64,000 nucleotides of DNA, taken from Eledone cirrhosa (lineage: Eukaryota). Location of the stretch: contig OZ024750.1 of assembly GCA_964016885.1 (NCBI GenBank), forward strand, positions 27,776,001-27,840,000, read 5' to 3'. A program made the translations under genes and the position numbers. This document shows positions 54,854 to 64,000 of the stretch, piece by piece (within the stretch, counting starts at the first letter, position 1; each line of letters begins with the position of its first letter). The notes under the pieces are model-generated. The model did not search any database. It saw only the letters and a list, made by a program, of their open reading frames with translations, and had not been told where the DNA came from.

Positions 54854-55022
54854 TCTCTCTTTCTCTCTCTCTATCTATCTATCTCTATTTCTCTCTATAT
54901 CTCCTTCTTTCTCTCTCTCTCAGTCTCTCTCATTCGCTTCTGCCTCTCTCTCTCTCTCTCTTGCTCCCTTTCCCCTCTTTTCTCTCTCCCCCTCTCTCTC
55001 ACTTCCCTCACCCCTCTCTTTC

Positions 55023-55061
<39 letters not shown>

Positions 55062-55226
55062 GTCTATCTATCTCTATCTCTATCTCTTTATCTTCTTCCT
55101 TCCCTCCCCTCCATCTCTTTCTCTCTTCCTCCACCCTTTCCATCTTATTCTCTTTCTAACCCGCTTTTCTCTTTATCAGTCTCTCTCACATTCCCTCGCA
55201 CGCACACACACACACACACACATAAA

Positions 55227-55297
<71 letters not shown>

Positions 55298-55322
55298 ACA
55301 CACACACACACACACAAACACA

Positions 55323-55365
<43 letters not shown>

Positions 55366-55694
55366 ACACGCACATACACAAACACGCACACACACACACA
55401 CACAGACAGACACCCACACACACATATACACACATACACACACATACACACATACACACACACACAATCTATTTCCTTTTCCTTCTGCTCCCCACCTGCA
55501 CTATAAACGAAATCTGTTGCTATTCTTCTTCTTGTTGAACATAATAATGTCACCCTGACCTTTCTAACCACAACTGACAACTCCAGACAACTCCAGTGGT
55601 TTCTTTCTAAATATCCATTCCTTCCTTTTTATTTTGTTTTATTTTATTTTATTTTATTTTATTTTATTTTATTTTATTTTTATTTTGTGTTGTG

Positions 55695-55756
<62 letters not shown>

Positions 55757-55817
55757 TTTTGTCTTTGTTTTCCTACACCACTTTCATCTTCTGCTTATAT
55801 ATATATATATATATATA

Positions 55818-56456
55818 TGTCAGGTCACCAGTTGGTGCTACTGGTAACATGTATCCCAGTACAACCTGTCTCATGGTCGGGTCGTTGGCGACTAAACTGG
55901 CAACCCCACCAAGGTTTCTTGGTGAGGAGGGTGACTTTGGACATCCTGCAGGACTAAAAACAAAACCTGTCAAAGGGCAAAGGAGCTCTTAAGAGTCAAT
56001 GGCCATCCAAAATCACCGGGAGAGATGACCCCTTTAGCCTTAGTCAAGGCAGAATTCTAGGAGAAGGAAAACTCTGATATAACACCTGCAACCCTGATGG
56101 TATCCAATGATGTTGACTTGTTCTTCTTTTTGGTAAATAGCATCTTGGTTAAGAGAGTGGGACTGGCTTTGTGCAGTGCCTTTGCTCACTATAAAAGCTT
56201 CACGGCACAGGCATTGCTTTATATCTGGAGATCTCTCTGCACTTGTCCTCACATGGGCCCAGCACTATGTGTCAATGATTGTCCTACCATGGGCCTAGCA
56301 CTATGTGTCAATGATTGTCACAGGTGTAGTGTTTGTACCAGAGGTTTCAAGTCGCTGGCTGGACTAAAAAGTCACACTCGTTCAGCGCTTCGGTAGGGGT
56401 TATCCTACATGGATGTAAAGTAGTGGCCGTACTCGAAAACGAGTTGGCAGCCACCA
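55818..56456 (+). mobile_element. RTE-derived bipartite non-autonomous retroelement (~640 bp)
   Basis: Same ends as 2824-3432; C2H2-like remnant CSVCTRGFKSLAGLKSHTR; 3' hairpin then (TA)n. Confidence 0.78.
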
Positions 56457-56639
56457 TATATATATATATATATGGGTGTGTGTGTGTATGTATATATATA
56501 TGTGTGTGTGTATATATATATATATATATGTGTGTGTGTATATGTATATATATATATATATATACGTGAAACTAATAAACCTTTGTTTGTACTGCCTCTC
56601 TGTTTTCGTTCCCGTTCCAGTTTTCACTATATATATATG

Positions 56640-56698
<59 letters not shown>

Positions 56699-56719
56699 AT
56701 ATTTATATATATTTATATT

Positions 56720-56754
<35 letters not shown>

Positions 56755-56773
56755 TTATATTTATATATATATA

Positions 56774-56890
<117 letters not shown>

Positions 56891-57106
56891 GAAAATAGAG
56901 AAATTAATGTGAGCAAGAAGCCAACAGTATTTCATAATATATAAGTGACTATAACATCAAAATGGAAAATAATTAACGTAAGATATGGGAAAATAATTCA
57001 AACTCAATTAAAAAAAAATCAAGACAGAGATTTTATCCACAGATTTTGTGAAATCCAGGGAAAAAACCAATAGAGTCTTAACTCAGAATCAAATAAAGTT
57101 TAAATA

Positions 57107-57136
<30 letters not shown>

Positions 57137-57139
<3 letters not shown>

Positions 57140-57330
57140 CGAAGGAAATGTGGTAAGGAACCAGGTGGACCATAACGCACCAAAGTACTCAATACTTAGG
57201 GTAGTAGAGTGGGTAATAGGAACGAGTAGGACCCCGACGGCTGAGCTCAAGCCGTTTCGACGGCTAATTCTGGACTGAATTAGCCGTCGAAACGGCTTGA
57301 GCTCAGCCGTCGGGTCCTACTCGTTCCTAT
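57137..57330 (-). mobile_element. Family A hairpin element
   Basis: Tail on the left, palindrome centred ~57273. Confidence 0.88.
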
Positions 57331-57356
57331 ATAGATATATATATATATATATACAT

Positions 57357-57428
<72 letters not shown>

Positions 57429-57649
57429 TCCCTCTGGCTCATACATATTCACTAGCATTTTACTTATCTAAATATTTATTTCGTTTTGTCTATCTACGTA
57501 TCCCCCACCCAGTCCAGCTTATCTATTTATCTACCTATCCATCTATCTATTTATCCATCTATCTATCTACCTATCCATCTATCTATTTATCCATCTATCT
57601 ATCTACCTATCCATCTATTTATTTATCTATCAATCCATTGCAATAATTG

Positions 57650-59127
57650 ATGATTTAGGAATAAGGCCATAATTTTGTGGGGAGGGGAAAATCGAACAAA
57701 TCAACCTCAGTGCGTTACTGGTATTTGTATTTTTTCAACCCCATAAGGGTGAAAGGCAAAGCTCACCTCTTATTTAGGTGCAATGCCAACAATTTTCGGG
57801 GAGGGGAAAGACAATTATATCGACGTAATATCCGCAGCGCCCCCATCCCTATTTCCAGAGAGACCTGCCTACACGCAGATTGTAAATAATTGTTTCTACT
57901 TCTGGCACAAGGCCAGCAATTATCCCAGTCCATTACTGGTACTTTATTTTATCGACCCCGTAAAGATGAAAGGCGAAGTTAACCTCGACGGGATTTGAAC
58001 TCAGAATGACAAGGGCCGTAACTCTATGCGTCAATGTATGGCGTCCGCCCCTCTACCGATACTGCCAATCCACCGACCCTCTACCGAATCATTAATTTAT
58101 ATATATTGGCGGTGGATTGGCAGTATCGGTAGAGGGTCGGACGCCATGCTTTCCAGCATAGTTATGTCCCTTTACGATCTGAGTTCAAATCCTGCCGAGG
58201 TTGACTTTGCCTTTCATCCTTACGGGGTCGATAAAATAAAGTACCAGTAATGCACTGGGTAATTGCTGGCCTTGTGCCTAAAGTAGAAACAATTAATTTA
58301 TATATATTGAATAATATAATATATACTATGTATAAAGAAATATTATATATATTTTTTATTTTACTATATTTATATATAATATGTATCATTTGATATATAA
58401 TATACTATTATATCATCTCTACCGCTACCACTACCCTCTTAGGGCCTAGCGACCCCTGGACCTTCTCAACAACCTTCGGGCGACGGTAGCGCCCACTTTG
58501 AGAACCTCTGTTTTAAAGTCACTCATGACTAAGATGGAAGACATTTTACCCGTGACCATTCAGTCTATCAGGAATTACAATGTCCTATATGTGATTCCTC
58601 TCTCTTGTAAAGTGATATGATGGGAAGTGTCAGTGTTATATTTCTTAGTCAGAATGTCCCCACAGAAGTAACCTTATCGGTTCCTTAGTCGACGTATAGC
58701 CTACTCTACCAATAATTGTTTATACTTTAAGCACAAGGCTTGCAGTTTGAAGGGAAGGGGGTAAGTCAGTTCAATCGATGCCTGGGAGTTACTGGTACTA
58801 TATTTTATCAACCCCGTAAGGATGAAAAAAGCAATGTTAACTTCGGCGGAATTTGAACTCAGAGCGTAAATGGCTGTAACTACATACCACACAAGATGTT
58901 CTCCGACACTCTACCGATAACTGCCAATTCCTAGCCCTTACTTTACCAATAATTGTTTCTACTTTTGGCACAAGGCCAGCAATTACCCAGTACATTACCG
59001 GTACTTTATTTTATCGACCCCGTAAGGATGAAAGGCAAAGTTAACCTCGACGGGATTAACCCGTAAAGGGACGTAACTGTGCTGGAAAGCATGGCGTCCA
59101 ACCCTCTACCGATACTGCCAATTCACT
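57650..59127. mobile_element. Cluster of SINE S1 copies (57650-57770 -, 57887-58086 -, 58108-58293 +, 58710-58937 -, 58948-59127 -)
   Basis: Core and tail motifs. Confidence 0.85.
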
Positions 59128-59339
59128 GCTTTACTTTACCAATAATGAATGAATAATAATTTTTTTTTTCTTTTTTAGAAATAAAATATAATTTATTGTC
59201 CTAAAGCAAAAAAAAACAAACCTTATTTAGTAAGAAAAAAAAAGAGGAAACAAATGGAAAGAAAGAATAGGGAAATATAGAAGAAGAAAAAAAAGAGAGA
59301 AAGAAAGAAGAAAAGAACGAGAAAGGGAGGGGATGGCAA

Positions 59340-59560
59340 GATCTCTGGTGTCGTTGAAGAGAGTGGGTGAGGAGGCGGTGATTGGGCTTTGGGCCTAGGG
59401 CAAGGAGCCGAGATTGCTGCGTCCCACGGACAAGACGACAAAAACATTCCCCCGGACGATGGCGAGTGACTCGTTGCAACAGCCACCCCAACCTCGCGGG
59501 GCTCCTTCCACCGACAAGTCTGTAGAAACGGGAAACTTCACGTGAAGACAAGATAAATAT
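59340..59560 (-). mobile_element. CRE-like (restriction-like endonuclease) non-LTR retrotransposon C-terminal fragment
   Basis: With one frameshift it reads WLLQRV./LAIVRGNVFVVL, matching the QR.S.A..RGN motif at the C-terminus of CRE-type ORFs. Confidence 0.55.
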
Positions 59561-59874
59561 CTATGCACTTAATATGATGAGATTAAACATAGTTTAGTAT
59601 AAATAAATATATTTATATATATATATATATATCCATTCATCAGAAGTGTTGCTGATTAAGACTTGGTGGAGATAGATACCTTGTTATTTCTATTACCATA
59701 ATTTTACTTTATGATTTATAACAATGTATGTTTCATCACACCATTTCTCATCAAATCAAACAGTAAAATGAAGTATACCTATATATATATGTGTGTGTGT
59801 GTGTGTGCGTGGGTGTTTTATCTTTTATGTATGTATATTAAATATACACATATACATATACACATATATGTATA

Positions 59875-60052
59875 TGGCAGTATCGGTAGAGGGGTTGGAC
59901 GCCATGCTTTCTAGTATAGTTACGTCCCTTTACGGTCTGAGTTCAAATCCCGCCGAGGTTGACTTTGCCTTTCATCCTTACGGGGTCGATAAATTAAAGT
60001 ACCAGTAATGCACTGGGTAATTGCTGGCCTTGTGCCAAAAGTAGAAACAATT
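59875..60052 (+). mobile_element. SINE S1 copy
   Basis: Head, B-box, core and tail. Confidence 0.9.
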
Positions 60053-60081
60053 ATATATATATACATTATATATATATATAT

Positions 60082-60268
60082 AACCAAATGTTAAACAAGG
60101 TTCATTGATTATTCAATGAATAGAGTTTTACAATAGATTAAAAGCACTCAACAGTGAAGTTTTCTAGAGTTATTAATATTATTCAAAATATTAATAAATG
60201 GAGACATTCATATAATCATATATTTTGATTACATGAATGTCTCCATTTATTAATATTTTGAATAATAT
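60082..60268 (-). mobile_element. Asymmetric hairpin terminal fragment (arms ~60175-60217 / 60226-60268, tail on the left)
   Basis: Inverted repeat in (TA)n with the TTGAGTGC tail motif. Confidence 0.7.
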
Positions 60269-60336
60269 ATATATATATTAAATGTACATATATATATAAT
60301 ATATATACACACATATATATATATATATATATAATA

Positions 60337-60537
60337 TAGGAACGAGTAGGTCCCCGACGGCTGAGCTCAAGTCGTTTCGACGGCTAATTCTGGACTCTGC
60401 GTCCAGAATTAGCCGTCGAAACGGCTTGAGCTCAGCCGTCGGGGTCCTACTCGTTCCTATTACCCACTCTACTACCCTAAGTATTGAGTACTTTGGTGCG
60501 TTATGGTCCACCTGGTTCCTTACCACATTTCCTTCGT

Positions 60538-60540
<3 letters not shown>
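60337..60540 (+). mobile_element. Family A hairpin element
   Basis: Palindrome centred ~60398, tail on the right. Confidence 0.88.
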
Positions 60541-60589
<49 letters not shown>

Positions 60590-60614
60590 TTGTTTGTATG
60601 TATATATGATATAT

Positions 60615-61370
60615 ATAATAAAAAATTGAACAGGGACAGAACAGAGAGGCAGTACGACAAATGTTTATTAGCTTCACGCTCAGGAAAGTGGGGGGTAGGT
60701 GGAGGACGACGTTTCGGGCATAAGCCCTTCTTCGGGTAAGAGTTCAAAAGGTGTGTAGGGGAGTGGTGGAGAGACATATAGCGAAAGGAAACGGTGCGAA
60801 TGAAAAATTAACAAATAAAGACAAAATAAATAATAAATAAAAATAAAGCATGATCAAAATACAACGAATGAGAACATTTAAAAATAAAGGCATGATCAAA
60901 ATAAACTGAAATTAAAAGAGGGGTAAACAGGTGGTGGAAGGGTGTGGGGTGAGTAGAGGTGGAGGCGGGTGGAGTGGGGAGAGGGAGACGGGGTGTCCGA
61001 GCGGGGAGGGCTGAAGGTGGTGTGTGTGGTTAGGTGTGCGTGTGTGTGTGTGTATGTGAAAGTGAGGGTTGGGGGAAGAACGGGGTTGCATGTTCAGGAA
61101 GGTGTGTGTGGGGGGTGTTTTTGTGTGTCGGAGGGTCTGTGCGTGTGTGGATAGGGGGTGGGGGGAGAGGAATCAGGGGGCTGAGGGTGTAAATATGTGG
61201 TGGGAAGCACGTGTGTGTGGTTTAAGCGTGTTGTGGGTGTGGGTGGCGTGTGGATAAAAAAATTTGTTTTGGGATGTGTGTGTGGGTGAGTTATATAGGT
61301 GATGGTGTTAGAGGATGGTTGATCTTTGATAACTTTGATAGATTTCAGCCAGTATTGGCCCACGACATTC
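60615..61370 (-). mobile_element. Family H PLE-like 3' region with a degenerate HHR at 60705-60735
   Basis: Reverse copy of 51160-51607 with core CCGAAGA. The upstream QYWLKSIK..N is loosely reminiscent of a GIY-YIG C-terminus. Confidence 0.65.
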
Positions 61371-61642
61371 TAACTTAGTAGCACCAGCTAGTGTGAGTGT
61401 GTACGTCTATGTCCAATTATATATATGTAAGTAACAGGACACGAGAAAAGGATAATCTGTTAAATCTGTGGTATTTGTATTCTCTTGTCATCTTCCATTT
61501 TTGGTCTGCTGGAATGAAGAGATGGTGGAGGGAGGGGGGGGGTGCTGCTTATTCAAGTTAAAACCTTCAAATATTTAGAGAGTGGGTACTCATGTTACAC
61601 AATTTCACAAGTATTTGTCACTATAAAATCTGATGGGTTGGT

Positions 61643-61677
<35 letters not shown>

Positions 61678-61764
61678 TTATTATTATTTTTTTTTTTTTT
61701 GTTTTGTTTTTTGAAGGGCCAAAATTTCTTATTTTACCAAACACAAATACATCCAAACAGATGG

Positions 61765-61945
61765 TTTGACGTCTCATTGTAGCGGCCTGGAGATCAGGCG
61801 CGTGAAAACAAAATGCCGCCATTGCTAAAGCGTCGTCGCTCGTGAAGGCACGCGAAAGATTTAGCATAGGCGGGAAGCGTTTCGCTTCTCTGTTCAACCA
61901 CAGGTAGCTGCCGGCTCCATCGAAGTAGCAACGGTGTTTTCGGGG
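61765..61945 (-). promoter_or_regulatory. CpG-rich candidate promoter / first exon
   Basis: Unique CpG-dense stretch with a YY1-like ATGGCGGC (61822-61815, -) and E2F-like GGCGGGAA and CGCGAAA. Confidence 0.4.
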
Positions 61946-62556
61946 ATGATTCTTGCTCTTGTTATATGTATGTATGTCTTTGGGTTATGTGAAGAGCTCA
62001 TTACAGCGAAATCTTTATGTAATAATGGCGAGATATTTCATTATATAACCATCACTGACACCCTCTCTCATTAGCATCGTATTTCGTGGTGTGTCATTGT
62101 GTGTAAATGTGTTTGTGTGTGTGCGTGTGTGTTCGTGAGAGTCTGTTTGCTTGTATGTGTGTGTGTTTATGTGTACGTGTGTGTTTTCTTGTATGAGTGT
62201 GTTTATGTGTACGTGTGTGTTTACTTGTATGTGTGTGTGTTTATGTGTACGTGTCTGTTTGCTTGCATGTCTGTGTTTATGTGTACGTGTCTGTTTACTT
62301 GTATGTGTTCGTGCGTATTTGTGTATAATTTGCGAGTGTGGGTATGTGTGTGGGTTTTTTTATATGTATTTGTGTGCATATGTGTTTATGTATGTGTGTG
62401 TGTGTGTGTGCGTATATGTGAACGTGTATGTTTGTATATGTATGTAAGATGGGGGTTGTGTGTACGCGTGTGTTTTTGATATGTGTGTGCATGTGGGTGT
62501 TTATGCGTACTTGTGTGTTAATATGTGTGTCTTTTGTGTGTATGTGTGTGTATGTA

Positions 62557-62597
<41 letters not shown>

Positions 62598-62713
62598 ATA
62601 AAACCAACAGTACATATTGGTGTGGTGGTTTCAGAGAGATATAGATATATGAATATATATGTGTGTGTGTGTGTGTATGTATGTATTTGTATATACATAT
62701 ATATATATGTGTG

Positions 62714-62757
<44 letters not shown>

Positions 62758-62765
62758 ATATATGC

Positions 62766-62869
<104 letters not shown>

Positions 62870-62882
62870 ATATATATATATA

Positions 62883-62926
<44 letters not shown>

Positions 62927-63058
62927 TATATATATATATATGTATGTATATATATATATGTATGTATATATATATATACTCATATATATATATACTCATA
63001 TATATATATATATATATATATACTCATATATATATTTATATATATATACTCATATATA

Positions 63059-63102
<44 letters not shown>

Positions 63103-63184
63103 TGCGTATGTATGTGAGTGAGTGAGTGAGTGCCTGCGTGTGTATGTACACATGCATATGCATGTACATGCAATCGCGTGCATT

Positions 63185-63236
<52 letters not shown>

Positions 63237-63579
63237 TACATACATGTCTATATGTACATTCCAACACACTAAACCAGACGCCTGAAACAGACTGTTGCCT
63301 TTTTTTTTTCTTATTGTTCATTTTATTTACATATATTTTTATTATTTATTTTCCTTATTTTATGGAGTGGGGGGAGGGGGGCCTCCCCCCTTCTTTTCCC
63401 TACGTTGTTTGCATGTTTTTTTTTTCCTTTTTGCTATATTATTTTTATTATTAATCTTTTATATATTTGTTATTTTATCATCATATCAGATTTGGCGCGA
63501 AAACCTTCATCGTTACAAATTTTCCCACGCTCGCTCTCCTATTATTTGCTTCTTTGATCTCTTCCTTTTTCTCTTCTCT

Positions 63580-63705
63580 GCCTTCTTCTTCTTTTTCTTC
63601 TTCTTCTTCTTCTTCTTCTTCTTCTTCTTCTTCTTCTTCTTCTTCTTCTTCTTCTTCTTCTTCTTCTTCTTCTTCTTCTCCTTCTTCTTCTTCTCCTTCT
63701 TCTTC
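63580..63705. repeat. (TTC)n tract
   Basis: Direct reading. Confidence 0.9.
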
Positions 63706-63754
63706 GCCACCTTTTTTAGACGCACTCATCCATAGACTTTCGGCGTTACTACTA

Positions 63755-63789
<35 letters not shown>

Positions 63790-63862
63790 ACCACCACTAC
63801 TACTGATGCTACTATTATTACTTCTCTACTTCTACCATATTTTTCTCTATCCCCTTCCCCCT

Positions 63863-63987
<125 letters not shown>

Positions 63988-64000
63988 CTACTTCCACCAC

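Noticed and set aside
56097-56396. C2H2 zinc-finger gene
   Set aside because: A single incomplete finger inside a dispersed RTE-derived repeat; the copy at 2824-3432 has a stop in it
58549-58583. Short minus-strand exon DIVIPDRLNGHG
   Set aside because: Weak splice sites and too short to distinguish from chance
63481-63729. Glu-rich [14 protein letters not shown]...
   Set aside because: Mostly (GAA)n with no convincing splice context or recognisable domain; cannot be fully excluded without RNA data

Overview
Repeat-saturated, AT-rich animal DNA, most likely an octopod cephalopod (inferred from the tRNA-derived SINE types; not verified by search). No complete protein-coding gene can be supported; nearly all listed ORFs are microsatellite translations. 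The window holds a ~10.2 kb satellite of a 19-bp unit with higher-order structure, ~25 tRNA-derived SINE copies, RTE and CRE-like LINE fragments, a non-autonomous Helitron, a hAT MITE, a pogo/Tigger fossil and a few candidate minus-strand exons. The main signal is about 25 type I hammerhead ribozyme (HHR) motifs (intact, degenerate or half) from about 10 unrelated short element families. They sit in (TA)n microsatellites, usually as asymmetric inverted repeats typical of Penelope-like element (PLE) integration. Two families are ORF-less, greater-than-unit-length monomers (442 and 322 nt) that share an octamer / ~42-43 nt / TATATA / HHR layout and have almost no sense-strand T4 runs. They are candidate retrozymes carrying their own U6-like promoter.
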